64,000 bases of DNA from Rebecca billardiae RCC1528 (Eukaryota > Protista > Haptophyta), in contig OZ251242.1 in the NCBI GenBank assembly GCA_965240325.2, forward strand, positions 1,240,001 to 1,304,000, written 5' to 3'. Shown piece by piece: positions 21,757 through 32,511 of the stretch. Position 1 is the stretch's first letter; every line of letters starts with the position of its first letter. A program made the position numbers and the translations under genes. A model generated the notes under the pieces. It worked only from the letters and a program-made list of their open reading frames with translations. It was not told the DNA's origin and searched no databases.

Positions 21757-24700
21757 TCACCGCTGCCTAGGGGGCAGCGGCGCCGCTGCTGCCGCCGAGG
21801 CGACAGCGACGAGTCCGCAGTGGAGCACCGGCACGAGCGCGTGCCCCGCCGGCAGCAGCGGCACGTTGAGCGGCACGCACCGTCGCTCGAAGCGAGGCAG
21901 TGCGTCCGTGCCGAGTGTCTGCTCCTCCTCAGACCAGCCCCACGGCGAGCCGGCGCCCGTCGCATCCGCGCCGCCAACGGCCATCGCCCCGGATGCCTCG
22001 GCGCGCGCCGTGCGGCAGAGGCCGAGCGGATGCACGTACGCACTCGCGTCCTCCGGCACGCGGCCGCACACCACCACGCGCACGCCGCCCAGCTCGACGT
22101 GCGGCATGCACACCCGCGCGGGCACCGCTTGCTCAGCGCCGCCCAGCGCGCTCGCGTTTGGCGCAGCGGGCGTGGCGCCTGCCTGCAGCAGCGCGGCAGG
22201 GGCGCCCTGCTCGGTGGCGGCGGTGGGCGGCGGGGCCTCGGAGCCCGCGCCCGCGCGCGCCGCCGGCTCGTGCACGAGGCCCGCCGGGCTGAGCAGCAGC
22301 ACCGCCAGCCCAAGCAGGGCGGCGCCAAGCCCGAGCCACAGCAGCATGCCCAGCGCCATGCCGAGCCCACGCGGCATGCCGAGCGGCGCGTGCGCGCGCG
22401 CGGCCGGCGCGGCTCTTGCGCTCGCCATGGCGGGAGGCCTGGCGAGTGTGGCGCCGCTCTGGCTTGGCGCGGCCGCCGCGGGCGTGACGCCCTCGTCCGC
22501 GCCGGCCGAGGCGACGGCGTCGCCGCCCTGCCCGCCCGCGGCGCGCGCGGCCTCCTCCTTGCCCGCGCTGCGCGCCGCCGCCGCGGGCACTTTGCGTGGC
22601 GCGCCGCCGCCGCCAACTCTCAAGGTGGGCGCGGCAGCGGCGGTGGCGGCCGCCGGCGCAGCGGATGTGAGCGCCACGGCCTCAGCGGGCGGCCTGGCGG
22701 CTGCGGGTGCGTGCGCGCTGCGCCACGTCTGCGCGAGCGCAGACTGCGGCGCCGCCTCCGCCACCAGCGCCGGCGGCGCGGGCGCTGATGCAGGCGCGGC
22801 GGGCGCGGCGCTCGCGCCCGCCGGTGCCCTCACCGCGGGCGCCGCCGCCGCGCCCACGTGCGGAGCAGGCGGCCCCTGGGCAGCCCGGCTGGGCGCGGGC
22901 GCGGCCTGCGCGGGCCCCTCCGCCACAACCGCCGCCGCCACCGCCGGCGCGAGCGCCGCGGCGGGCGAGTGCGCGGGGGCCGGCTCGGCTGCCCACGGCG
23001 CAGCGCCCGGCGGCGCGCACGTGTGCGCGCGCGCGCACGCCGCGCGCAGCAGCTCGGAAGGCAGGGTGCCCGGGGCAGGCGGCGCGGCGAGCGCGCGCGT
23101 GACAAAGTCGGCCTGCGCGGGCGTGCACCGCGCGCGCAGGAACGCGCGCACCGTCTCCTCCCCCGCGAGCACCGTCACCCGCCGGCGCGTCACCGTGTCA
23201 AGCTGCGCCGACACAGCCGTCCACAGCGCGTGCCACAGCGGAGGCGCGCCTAGCACGGCTGCCTCTGACAATCGCTCAGGGTAGTGCGACTGGAGCGCGC
23301 GCGCGAGCGCGGCGAGGCTGGCGGGGTCGGCCTCGCGCAGCCAGCCGCCGCGCAGGTCGAGCAGCACGAGCAGACGGCCGCATCGCGCGCCACAGCCGCA
23401 GCCGCGCCCAAGGCCGCACGCGCCGCAGCCGCAGCCGCGCGCGCGAGGCGCGGCGCCGCGCTCGCGCGCCGCGCACTCGCCGCACGGTGCGCGCGCGGCC
23501 GCGCCCGCGGCGCCGCTGAAGAGCGAGTCGAGGAGCGCGGCCGCGTGCGCGAGCGTGGGCGCGGTGCGCCGCTCGGTCGCGCGCGCGGGGCACACGTACA
23601 CCACCGAGCGCGCGGCGAGCTGCGGCGGCGGCACGCGCACGCGCGGTGTACGCGCCGGGCTCGGCGCCGCGCCCGCGCGCGGCCGCGTCGCGGGCGTGGC
23701 GGCCGGCGTGGCGGGTGCGCGCGCACCCGCGCGGCCAGCGCCGACGGCGCCGAGCGGGCGCTCGGTGCGCTCGGCGGCGGGCGCGGCGCGCGCGGCGTTG
23801 GCAGGCGTGCGTGGCGTGCTCGAGCCCGGCGCGGCGCCGGCTGCCGTCCGCACGCCCCCGCCAACGTGTGCGCCCGCCGGCGCGCCGGCCGCGCGCGGCG
23901 CGGTGGCGGTGTCGGTAGGCTCGTCGCAGTCTGGGCCAAGCGGGACGGTGCCCCACGCGTACTCGGCGGAGCACGCCTCGCACGCCGGGCACGCCGGGCA
24001 GGCGCACGCGGCCACGCCTTCGGCCTCGCCGCGCGCGGGCGCGCTCGCAGCCGCGGCCTCCGGCCCACCAGCTACGCAGCTGCCTGCCGCCCGGCCGCCG
24101 CGCGCCGCGCGCCAAGCCAAGGTCTCGAGCAGAGCGCTGCTCGCCGCGCCGACGTCGCCCTCGCGAGCCTCGAGGTAGCGCAGCAGCGTGCACTCGCTCA
24201 GGAAGCCGTGCGGCTCGGCCAGCGCCGCGCCGAGCGCCTCCGCCGCCTCGCCGCCGCCGCCGCCGCCGCCGCGCCGCTGCTTCGGCGTCGCGGCGGCGCC
24301 GCCCTCCCTACTCGCCGCGCGCGCAGCCAAGTGCGCGCGCAGCAGCGGCAGCTGCGCGCGCGCGGCTCGGCGGCGGCTGGCGAGCAGCGCGTCCATGAGC
24401 GGGTCGCCGCTGCCGAGCGCGCGCGCCGGCGTGCCTCGCGCCGCCGAGGGCGAGCGCAGCAGCGGCAACGTGCACTGCGCACGCCGATCGTCGTCGGCGG
24501 CCTCTGCGGCTTGCGCGGGCGGCGCGGCGCCCGGCGCGGCGCCCGGCGCGGCGGCAACGCTCGCGCCCGCGCCCGCGCCGGCTTGGGCGCGGCGCACGCC
24601 GAGCGAGGCGGCGGAGGTAATGGCGATCGGCGGCGGCGAGAGCACAGTCTGCGCGGCGCGCGGCGCGCGCGGCTGCGCCGCGCCGCCCGCCGGCGCGCTC

Positions 24701-27102
24701 TCAACGCAGCCGCCTCCGCCCTCGCCACAGTGGCCACGGCCCGCGCTCGCCTCCGCCTCCGCCTCCGCCTCCGCCTCCACGGCCGCGTGCATCGTCCGCG
24801 GCACGCTCGGCGGCACAGGCAGCAGCTCGGAGACGGTGCGCAGCGGCGTGCCCCGAATGCCGCCGTGCTCCACGCCCGGCCCGCTCCGCCGCAGCGCGGG
24901 GCTGCCAGCCTTCTGATCGCGCGCCGACGGCGCGGCCGACGGCTCGGCGGACGGCGCGGCGGACGGCGCAGCGGCGTGCACGTCGGCTGTCGCGGCGGTT
25001 GGAGGCGCGGCAGTGGCGGCGTGGCTGGCGGAATCGGCGCCAGCCGCGGCGGGCGTGGCGTCGGCGGCGGTGTCTGCCGCGCTCGCGGCGTCCACCACAG
25101 CGCTGGCGTTTCTCGCGGCGTCGGCGTCGGCTCCGGCGGCTGCCGCGGGCGCCGCGCGTGCCGCAGCGTCGGCGGCGGGCGCCGCCGCACTTTCAGGCTC
25201 GGGGTTAGGGTTAGGGTTAGGGTGCGGGTGTTCAGGCTCAGGCACGGCCGGCGCCGCGTCGGGCGTCGCGCCTGGCGTCGCGCCGCCCGTTGCCACCCGG
25301 CGCACGCGCCCCACGCCGAGCGCGCGGATCGCCGAGGGCGGCGCCATCGGCAGCGGCGGCGGCGAGGCCGGGCCGTTGAGTGAGCACGCGGGAGCGGGCG
25401 GCGGCAGCGGCGGCGTGCGCGCGGGCGGTCGCGGCTGCGCCGACGCGTGCGGTGTCGTGGGGCTGGGCGGCGTGACGTCCGGGGGGCGGCACGGCTGCGC
25501 GCCGCCCGGCCCGAACGCCGCGCCCGGCGCGCCAATCGCTTCGCCGCCCACCGCCGTCGTCGCCCCAACCGCGGCCACCGCGGCCGCCGTCGCGGCCGCC
25601 GTCGCAAAGGCAGCGTCTGCGGCACTCGGCGGCGCGCCGCCGCGCGCCGCCTCGCCGCCCAGCACGGCTGGCAGGGGGACGGTGCGCGCGGAGCGGCCGT
25701 CGACGACGGCGAGTATGGCGTGGCCGTCGCGCTGCGCGCACGCCAGCGCGAGCGCGCCGCTCGCGCCCGGCACCACGCCCTCCGCCCACAGCGCCCGCCC
25801 GCCGACCCGCCACAGCCGAGTGTGTCGATCCTCGCCGCCCGTCACGAGCAGATGGCCCGAGCATGAGCCGCACGTGATCGCGCCCAGTCCGGCCGGGACG
25901 GTGGCGAGCAGCTCGGGCGTGGCGGCGGGCGGCGGGGCGAGGGGGCTGCCCGGCTCCGAGACCGAGCGGCTCCGCGGCGACGAGCGCGTCGACGAGTGCG
26001 GCGAGCGATGGGCGGCGAGTCCGGCCGCGCCGCCCAGCGCCGTCGTGCCGCCGCCGCCCCCTCGGGGCTGCGCGCCGCCCGCGCGGCCGGCGCCGGCCGA
26101 GCTGCGCGCGGAGCGCGGCGTGGTGGCGTGCGAGGGGGTGGACGCCGGCGTGGGCGCGGCCGAGTCCACGGCGGGGCACGCGTACATCCGGATCACGCCG
26201 TCCCTGCTCCAGCTCAGCGCCTTGAGGCCGGCGGCGGCGGAGGCGGCGGCGGCGGCGCCGGTGGCGGCCGCCGCTGCCGCCGCCGCCGCGCCCAACGGAG
26301 TGCTGCTGCCGCTGCCGCTGCCCCTGCGGCCGCCAGCGCCGCCGACGGCGGCAGGCTCGCTCGCGGCGGAGGCGGGCGTGTGCGGCGGCGAGGCGAGCCG
26401 CCTCGCCGGCTGCGCGCAGAAGCCCACGCCCACCGCGGCCGCCGCCGCGCCGCGCAGCTGAGCAAGGCACACGCCACTCAGCGCGCACCACAGCTGTGTG
26501 CTGCCGCCAGCGCACGCCGTGAGCGCGCGCGTGCCGCACGGCGAGAGCGCGCACGCCTCGACGGCGTCGGCGTGCGGGCCGAGCGAGAAGCTCACGGTGA
26601 GGCGCACCGCGCCCACCGACGCGCCCGCGTGCCCGCGGTCCACGCGCGCCGCCCACACGCGCGCGGTGCGGTCAGCTGACGCAGAGATCAGCAGCGGCGT
26701 CCGCCCGGCGTCGAGAGCGTGCGCAGAGGCGGGGAGGCGCTCCGCGGCGGCGACGACGAGGTCGCGCGAGAGCACGTCGCTCATCCCGAGCGCGCGCACC
26801 GAGCCCGCGTGCGCCGCGAGCGTGTGCGTCACAGCCCAGCGGCCCCCCTCCTGCGGGGCCGTCCACAGCTTCACGCGGCAATCGTCCGACGCGCTCGCGA
26901 GGACGAGGCCGTCGCGCGAGAAGGCGAGGGCGCGGATGGGCCCCGTGTGGCTCGAGAGCGTCTGGACCAGCGCGCCCGTCTCGCCGTTCCACAGCTTCAC
27001 CGCGTCCGCGTAGCTCGCGGTCGCGACCGCGCGGCCGTCCGCCGCGATCGCGACGCAGCGCACGGTGGGCTGGTCGCCGGTCGGCGCGTAGAGGTGCAGC
27101 AT
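21757..27102 (-). CDS. Large WD40-repeat + CRAL-TRIO/Sec14 + C-terminal transmembrane protein
   Basis: WD40: ATASYADAVKLWN, HTGPIRALAFSRDGLVLASASDDCRVKLW; CRAL-TRIO-N: LLRYLEAREGDVGAASSALLETLAWR; Sec14: LQSHYPERLSEAAVLGAPPLWHALW; TM: LGMALGMLLWLGLGAALLGLAVLLL. Introns are possible. Confidence 0.7.
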   Translation of the reverse strand: MLHLYAPTGDQPTVRCVAIAADGRAVATASYADAVKLWNGETGALVQTLSSHTGPIRALAFSRDGLVLASASDDCRVKLWTAPQEGGRWAVTHTLAAHAGSVRALGMSDVLSRDLVVAAAERLPASAHALDAGRTPLLISASADRTARVWAARVDRGHAGASVGAVRLTVSFSLGPHADAVEACALSPCGTRALTACAGGSTQLWCALSGVCLAQLRGAAAAAVGVGFCAQPARRLASPPHTPASAASEPAAVGGAGGRRGSGSGSSTPLGAAAAAAAAATGAAAAASAAAGLKALSWSRDGVIRMYACPAVDSAAPTPASTPSHATTPRSARSSAGAGRAGGAQPRGGGGGTTALGGAAGLAAHRSPHSSTRSSPRSRSVSEPGSPLAPPPAATPELLATVPAGLGAITCGSCSGHLLVTGGEDRHTRLWRVGGRALWAEGVVPGASGALALACAQRDGHAILAVVDGRSARTVPLPAVLGGEAARGGAPPSAADAAFATAAATAAAVAAVGATTAVGGEAIGAPGAAFGPGGAQPCRPPDVTPPSPTTPHASAQPRPPARTPPLPPPAPACSLNGPASPPPLPMAPPSAIRALGVGRVRRVATGGATPGATPDAAPAVPEPEHPHPNPNPNPEPESAAAPAADAAARAAPAAAAGADADAARNASAVVDAASAADTAADATPAAAGADSASHAATAAPPTAATADVHAAAPSAAPSAEPSAAPSARDQKAGSPALRRSGPGVEHGGIRGTPLRTVSELLPVPPSVPRTMHAAVEAEAEAEAEASAGRGHCGEGGGGCVESAPAGGAAQPRAPRAAQTVLSPPPIAITSAASLGVRRAQAGAGAGASVAAAPGAAPGAAPPAQAAEAADDDRRAQCTLPLLRSPSAARGTPARALGSGDPLMDALLASRRRAARAQLPLLRAHLAARAASREGGAAATPKQRRGGGGGGGEAAEALGAALAEPHGFLSECTLLRYLEAREGDVGAASSALLETLAWRAARGGRAAGSCVAGGPEAAAASAPARGEAEGVAACACPACPACEACSAEYAWGTVPLGPDCDEPTDTATAPRAAGAPAGAHVGGGVRTAAGAAPGSSTPRTPANAARAAPAAERTERPLGAVGAGRAGARAPATPAATPATRPRAGAAPSPARTPRVRVPPPQLAARSVVYVCPARATERRTAPTLAHAAALLDSLFSGAAGAAARAPCGECAARERGAAPRARGCGCGACGLGRGCGCGARCGRLLVLLDLRGGWLREADPASLAALARALQSHYPERLSEAAVLGAPPLWHALWTAVSAQLDTVTRRRVTVLAGEETVRAFLRARCTPAQADFVTRALAAPPAPGTLPSELLRAACARAHTCAPPGAAPWAAEPAPAHSPAAALAPAVAAAVVAEGPAQAAPAPSRAAQGPPAPHVGAAAAPAVRAPAGASAAPAAPASAPAPPALVAEAAPQSALAQTWRSAHAPAAARPPAEAVALTSAAPAAATAAAAPTLRVGGGGAPRKVPAAAARSAGKEEAARAAGGQGGDAVASAGADEGVTPAAAAPSQSGATLARPPAMASARAAPAARAHAPLGMPRGLGMALGMLLWLGLGAALLGLAVLLLSPAGLVHEPAARAGAGSEAPPPTAATEQGAPAALLQAGATPAAPNASALGGAEQAVPARVCMPHVELGGVRVVVCGRVPEDASAYVHPLGLCRTARAEASGAMAVGGADATGAGSPWGWSEEEQTLGTDALPRFERRCVPLNVPLLPAGHALVPVLHCGLVAVASAAAAAPLPPRQR

Positions 27103-27646
27103 GGCGGCGCGCGGCGCGTGGCCGAGGGGCGTCGGCGCTCGCCCGGCGCAGCGCCGACCGCGCGCGGTGCCACGCGAAGTCGCTTCGCGGCGCGCCCGCC
27201 GCGACGTGCAGGCCCGTGCGCACCAGCCCGCGGGAAGGCCGAATTCAAAGCGCGGAGCAACGCGGGGCCGCATGAGCGCCGGCCGCTCGGTCCGGGCGCG
27301 GGCACGCCCGGATCGAAGCATCCGCCCCGCCGAAGTTTCCCAGGCCGGTGCGGTGCACGACCAGCAGGACGACGACGGACCTCATGAACGGCCAGAGTGA
27401 TACTGTATATCACTTCTACTGCTAGGATGGCCCGAGGACAGATACACTGTGCGACGAGCTGCCAGCCTGAGACGGCGGCGCTGCTCGTGGACGCCGCCGT
27501 GCGAACTCAACGCGCTGTGCGGCGCTCACGAGCCCAGGCTCGGCCGCACTGACTCCGACCGGGCGGAGGGCGCGTTGGCGGCGGTGGCGGCCCCCACCGC
27601 GCCTCATCCGACATCTCACATCTGACAAGAGTGCCAAGTAGTATCC

Positions 27647-28588
27647 TCATCCGGTGTTGGTGCCGCCCACCACCTTGCCTGACGTGAGCGCGCCCATGAT
27701 CGTGTTCAGGTCCTCGCCGCCCTCCCCCTCGTGCACGCTCGTCTCGAAGTACACGCCGCCCATCTGCGCCGCGAACGCGCGCAGGATCGAGTCCACGTCC
27801 TCGTCGCCGTCCGGGGCGGCGGCACTGCCTCCGGAGGCGGCCGCGGCTCCGGCGGCGGCGGCGGCGGCGGCGTCGGCGGCTCCAGCCGGTCCGCTCTGGG
27901 CGGCGGCGGCGGCGGCTTCGTGGACGAGGGGCGTGGTGCTGCCGCGCGCGGGGTGGTGCTCGCGCACCGCGCGCACGTCCAGCCCCCAGAACGGCACCGC
28001 GCCCAGCGTCGCGCCCAGCGCCTGCCCCGCCACCGCCATCAGGCTGTATTGCAGGTCGGGCTCGAACAGCCACGCGACGCGCGGCGCGGCGCACCGCGCG
28101 CACGCGGCGGGGCGGGCGGTGTGGCCCTTGAACCAGGTGCGCTCAAAGTCGACGGCGGGGCCCGGCGGCGGCGCCCGCCCGGCGTGCGCCGCCTCCTCCA
28201 CGCGCAGGCCCTGCCCGGCCGCCAGCGGGTTGCTCACCCAGCCGCTCGCTGACGGCAACACCGCGTCTTCGCGCGTCGCGACGAGGAGCTCGAGCGGGCC
28301 GCCGGCGCGGCTGTGCTCGGCGGCGGCGGGGTAGCAGGTGTGCGCCTCGCCGAAGACGCTGAGCGTGCGCGGCGGGCCGTGGCCCTCGCCCGGCGGCACG
28401 CTCGACTCCTTGCGCACGTGCGTCGCTCGCACGAGGACGTGCCCGCAATCGGCGCACGAGAGGCAGGGCCCGCGCGCGGCGTCGTCGGGCGCGGCGGCGG
28501 AGGGCGCGCGGGGGGCGCGATTGGCGTCGCGCGGGAGGAGGCAGCCGCCGCCCGGCTCGCACTGCTCGTCGTCCGAGCTGTCGCTCAT
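27647..28588 (-). CDS. CULT (cereblon thalidomide-binding / Yippee-Mis18 fold) zinc-binding domain protein
   Basis: LSCADCGHVL ... TWFKGHTARPAACARCAAPRVAWLF ... PFWGL parallels cereblon SWFPGYAW..AQCKICASHIGWKF...KFWGL. Confidence 0.65.
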   Translation of the reverse strand: MSDSSDDEQCEPGGGCLLPRDANRAPRAPSAAAPDDAARGPCLSCADCGHVLVRATHVRKESSVPPGEGHGPPRTLSVFGEAHTCYPAAAEHSRAGGPLELLVATREDAVLPSASGWVSNPLAAGQGLRVEEAAHAGRAPPPGPAVDFERTWFKGHTARPAACARCAAPRVAWLFEPDLQYSLMAVAGQALGATLGAVPFWGLDVRAVREHHPARGSTTPLVHEAAAAAAQSGPAGAADAAAAAAAGAAAASGGSAAAPDGDEDVDSILRAFAAQMGGVYFETSVHEGEGGEDLNTIMGALTSGKVVGGTNTG

Positions 28589-28808
28589 CTCGCCCAGCCG
28601 CGCGATGCTGCCGCCGGCAGATCGATGATGCGAGATGCGCAGCCCGGCCGCCCAAGTAATCTCCCGCGCGACGAGATTTCTGTGATGCGGCGGTCGTGAG
28701 CTAACGGCCCCGCGGCCGGGCCGCCCGGCCCCGGGCTTCCGCTTTGCCCAGCCGCCCAGGCCAGCCGGGCAGTGGCGCAGCGTGTGCCAGCCGCTGCGGC
28801 TGATCCAG

Positions 28809-31376
28809 TCACATGAGCGCGCACGCCTCGGCCACATCCGCGCCGGCGCGCACGAGCCCCGAGGACGCGCCGCTCAGGCCGGCGGGCCACAGCGCCGCCA
28901 GCCCGTCGGCGTCGCGCGCGTCCGCGCGCCCGGCCGCGCCCGGCCTCGGCCTCGGCCTCGGCGACGCCGGGCCGGGCGGCCATGCTGACGCCTTGGCGCC
29001 GAGGGCGTACACACGCTCGCTTATGGCGAGCTGCACGGCGGCGGCGCTGAGCACGCCGACCAGCGCGAACGCCGAGCCGTCGCCCGTGCGCAGCGCGATC
29101 GCGCCCACCTCCGTGCCCCCCTGCGCCGGCGGCGGCGAGCGAGTGGCGGTAGTCGTGCCGTGCGCGCCGCCGCCGCACACAGGGTCGGGCCCGGGGCGCG
29201 CCGCCGCGGGCGGCGGTGACGCTGGCTGCCAGTGCGCGGCAGGCAGCGTGCTGATGTCGACGAGCTCGCTCAGGGGCAGCGCGTGCGCGGCGGCGCGCTG
29301 CAGCCCCGCCACCGAGCCGAGCCCGCCCTCCGCGCCCGCCTCCGCACCCACTGGCGGCGGCGGCGACGCCAGCTCCGCACGCGCGCGCTCGGCGGCGCCG
29401 GGCGCGGCCACGACAAAAACCAGAAGCGACGGAGTGAGCAGGAGCCGGCCTGCGATTGGCTGGGCCGCTCCCGCGGGCGGCGGGGACGCGGCGGGCGCGT
29501 GGGCGGCGGCGGGCGCGCCGCCGCCCAGAGCGGCGCTCAGTCCGGCCCACGCCTGCGCCGCGCCCGCGCCCCGGGCGCGCCAGTCCTGGGGCAGCCCAGA
29601 GTCCGGTGCGCGCCAGTCCGGGAGCAGCCCGGAGTCCGGCCGATCCGGCGGATGCTCCGGCAGCGGCAGCAGCGCACAGCGCACCTCGAGGCAGACGACC
29701 TCTGCGGCCGACGCGCGCACGCGGCCCGGGCAGCGGGTGGAGAGCAGGGCGAGGTGGGCCGAGGGAGTCCGGTGGGCGACCCCCCCTGGGCGTGCGCACG
29801 CAGCGCCCGCGGGGCGCGCGGAGGGCGGCGAGGGCGCCTCGCCCTCGCCCTCGCCCTCGCCGCCCTCCATGCCGCCCAGCGCTGAGCCGAGCGTGGGCAG
29901 CGGCGGGAGGCGGTGGACCGGCGGCGCGGGCGCGGGCGGCGCGCCGCCCGCGCGCGCCGCCGCCGCCGCAGCACCGCCCGCGCCGCGGCGCGCGGCGTCG
30001 GCGGCGTCGGCGAGCGCGCGCGCGCGCTCCGCGACGCGCCACGCCTCCGGCCGCCCGGCGGGCTCGACGCTCAGCATCTCGCGCACCAGCGCCGCGAGCT
30101 CGGCGGAGTACCCCGCCGCGCGCACCGAGTGCGCGCACGCGGCCGCGGCCGCGGCCAGGCCCGCGCGCCGCACGGCGTGCAGCCTCGGCCGCCGGCGCGT
30201 GGCAAGCTCAGCCAAGACGATGGCGGCAGACCAGAGGTCAGCCAGGTGGGAGTAGCCTCCTGCCGCCTCCGACCCCGGCGCGAGCCCGAGCCCGCCCGCC
30301 GCCGCCACCTCCGGCGCCATGTACGCGGGCGAGCCCGCCACCGTGTGCGCGCCGCCCGCGCCCGCGCAGCCGCTCAGCAGCGCGGCGACGCCGAGGTCGC
30401 CGATGCGCACGCCGCCGCACGCGTCGTCGTCCTCGACGAGCTCCGCGCCGGCGGCGGCGGCGTCGGCGTCGGCGTGCCGCCCAGCGCCTCCGTACGTCGT
30501 CCCCGCCCCCTCCGCGCTGCCCTTCGCCCGCGCCCCCGGCCTCGGGCGCGTGGGCAGCAGCAGATTCGCGGGCTTGATATCCCTGTGCACAATGGCTGCC
30601 GCGTGGATGTCACTGAGCCCGTCGGCCAACTGGGCGAGCCAGGTGCAGAGCACGCGCTCGGTGAAGCGTGCGCGGCTCCGGCGCGCGGCGTCGAGCCGCG
30701 CGCCGAGGTCGCCGCCCGCGCAGTACTCCGTCAGGATGCACACCGAGAGCGTGCCCTCCAGTCCGCGCCCGCCCGGCCGCGGCCCCGTCGCCGCGAGCCC
30801 GCCGCCATCGCCGCCGGCGCCGCGCGCCGCCGCCGCCGCCTTTGCGCTTGGCGCCGTGGGCTCGAAGTCGAGGTAGTGGTCGTGGAGGGCGAGGACGCGC
30901 GGCGAGCGCACGCGCGCGAGCGCCGCCACCTCGCGCAGCGCGTCGTTCGCGTCGTCGAGCGACTCGCACGCGATTCGCTTGAGGACGGCCAGCTGGTCCG
31001 CGCTGTCCGCGTCCCGCACGAGGCACGCGACGCCAAACGTGCCCGCGCCGAGCTCGCGGACGAAGGCGTAGCGCGCGTGCTTGTCGAGCGGCGCGTCGAA
31101 CGCCGTGGGGCGGCGGCCCGCGCCAGGCGCGTCCGGCGGCGGCTCGGTAGACCCCGCGTCCGCCGCGCCGCCGTCGGCGTCGGAGCCGTCCGCCGCCGCC
31201 GCCGCCGCCTCCTCCTCCGCCGCGCGCGCGCGGCGCTCGCGGCGGCGGCGGCGGCGCTCCGCGAGCGAGAGGGCGGTACCGTCGTCGTGCAGCGTGTCCG
31301 AGCCGGGTGCCGCGTCCTCGGCCCGCTGCTGCCGCAGCCGCCGTGCCCGCCGGCGCGCCTGCGCCTCATCCGCCAT
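28809..31376 (-). CDS. NEK/NIMA-like Ser/Thr protein kinase with a C-terminal extension
   Basis: LGAGTFG, VLKRI, TEYCAGGDL, HRDIKPANLL, IGDLG, GSPAYMAPE, ADLWS. Confidence 0.88.
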   Translation of the reverse strand: MADEAQARRRARRLRQQRAEDAAPGSDTLHDDGTALSLAERRRRRRERRARAAEEEAAAAAADGSDADGGAADAGSTEPPPDAPGAGRRPTAFDAPLDKHARYAFVRELGAGTFGVACLVRDADSADQLAVLKRIACESLDDANDALREVAALARVRSPRVLALHDHYLDFEPTAPSAKAAAAARGAGGDGGGLAATGPRPGGRGLEGTLSVCILTEYCAGGDLGARLDAARRSRARFTERVLCTWLAQLADGLSDIHAAAIVHRDIKPANLLLPTRPRPGARAKGSAEGAGTTYGGAGRHADADAAAAGAELVEDDDACGGVRIGDLGVAALLSGCAGAGGAHTVAGSPAYMAPEVAAAGGLGLAPGSEAAGGYSHLADLWSAAIVLAELATRRRPRLHAVRRAGLAAAAAACAHSVRAAGYSAELAALVREMLSVEPAGRPEAWRVAERARALADAADAARRGAGGAAAAAARAGGAPPAPAPPVHRLPPLPTLGSALGGMEGGEGEGEGEAPSPPSARPAGAACARPGGVAHRTPSAHLALLSTRCPGRVRASAAEVVCLEVRCALLPLPEHPPDRPDSGLLPDWRAPDSGLPQDWRARGAGAAQAWAGLSAALGGGAPAAAHAPAASPPPAGAAQPIAGRLLLTPSLLVFVVAAPGAAERARAELASPPPPVGAEAGAEGGLGSVAGLQRAAAHALPLSELVDISTLPAAHWQPASPPPAAARPGPDPVCGGGAHGTTTATRSPPPAQGGTEVGAIALRTGDGSAFALVGVLSAAAVQLAISERVYALGAKASAWPPGPASPRPRPRPGAAGRADARDADGLAALWPAGLSGASSGLVRAGADVAEACALM

Positions 31377-31526
31377 GGTCGTCAGCCGTTGGGATCGCGT
31401 TTCCCGAGTTCTGCGCTCTTCCTGATCTCAAGTTCACGCGAGTTTCCCTTTCAGATCCCGCGCGCGTTTTTGATCGCCGGCTTGCTTGGGTGCCCAGGCG
31501 TGGTCAGGCGGGCAGCGAGCGCTGCC

Positions 31527-32465
31527 ATGCCGGTGGCGAGCCTCGTCGGCGCCGCGCTCGGCCGGCGCGCGACCGACGAGGACGGGCCCGCGGACGAGTC
31601 GCCGGCCGCGGTGGGCGAGGGCGCAGATGACGACCCCTCCGCCGACGCCGAGCCCGACCCGCGCGCCGCGCTCGCCAACGTCGCCGAGCGCGCGGGCAAC
31701 ACGCGCTGCGCCGACTGCGGCGCCGCCGATGCGAGCTGGGCGGTGGTGAACTGGGGCATCTTCGTGTGCGTGCGCTGCAGCGGCGCGCACCGGCAGCTGG
31801 GCACGCACGTCTCCCGCGTGCGCTCCACCACGCTCGACGCGTGGAGCCCCGACGAGGTCGAGTTCATGGCGGCGATGGGCAACGCGCGCGCCAACAGCAT
31901 CTGGGAGCAGGACGTGCCGCCCGGCTTCGTCAGGCCGCACGCGGGCGCGGACGCGGCGGAGCGGCTGGCGTGGGTGGAGAGCAAGTACGCGCATCAGCGC
32001 TTCTTCGGCGCCACCGCGCTCGTCGGGCCGAGCGCCGCCGCCTCCGCCGGCGGCGCCGCTTTGGCGGGCGCGGACGCGCCCGCCTCCGCCGCGCCCCAGC
32101 TGAGTCGACGAGCGTCCGCCGCTGCGGCGACGCTCGAGACGGCGGCGAGCGAGGCGCTCTCGCGGCTGGGCTCGACGCTCGGGCTGGGCGCGACGCTCGG
32201 GCTCAGCAGCTCGCCGCGCACGCCGCGCGCCGCCAGCGCACGCGCGTATCTCGACCGGACGGCGCCGGCCGCGCTCGCGGGCGCGGGCGCGCACTCGGCG
32301 CGCGGCGCGGCCGGCGGCGGCGATGGCGGCGGGCCGAGCCAGCCCGTGGCGCTGCTGCTGCTGCTCGGGCACATCTCGGCGTACCCGAGCGCGCTCGAGC
32401 GCGAGTTCTGCGCGCGGCTGCGCAAGAGGGTCGCCAGGGCCGCCGCCGCGAGCGCGCAGCACTCG

Positions 32466-32511
<46 letters not shown>

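Noticed and set aside
25202-25223. (TTAGGG)3 telomere-like run
   Set aside because: Only three units, in frame as PNPNPNP within a low-complexity linker; not a chromosome end
19831-28588. F-box, WD40 and CULT genes as a ubiquitin-ligase receptor cluster
   Set aside because: These are common families and adjacency is likely chance; there is no sequence evidence of co-regulation
29913-31526. N-terminal 538 aa of the 1409-aa plus-strand ORF
   Set aside because: Antisense shadow of the kinase; the ArfGAP gene plausibly starts at ATG 31527
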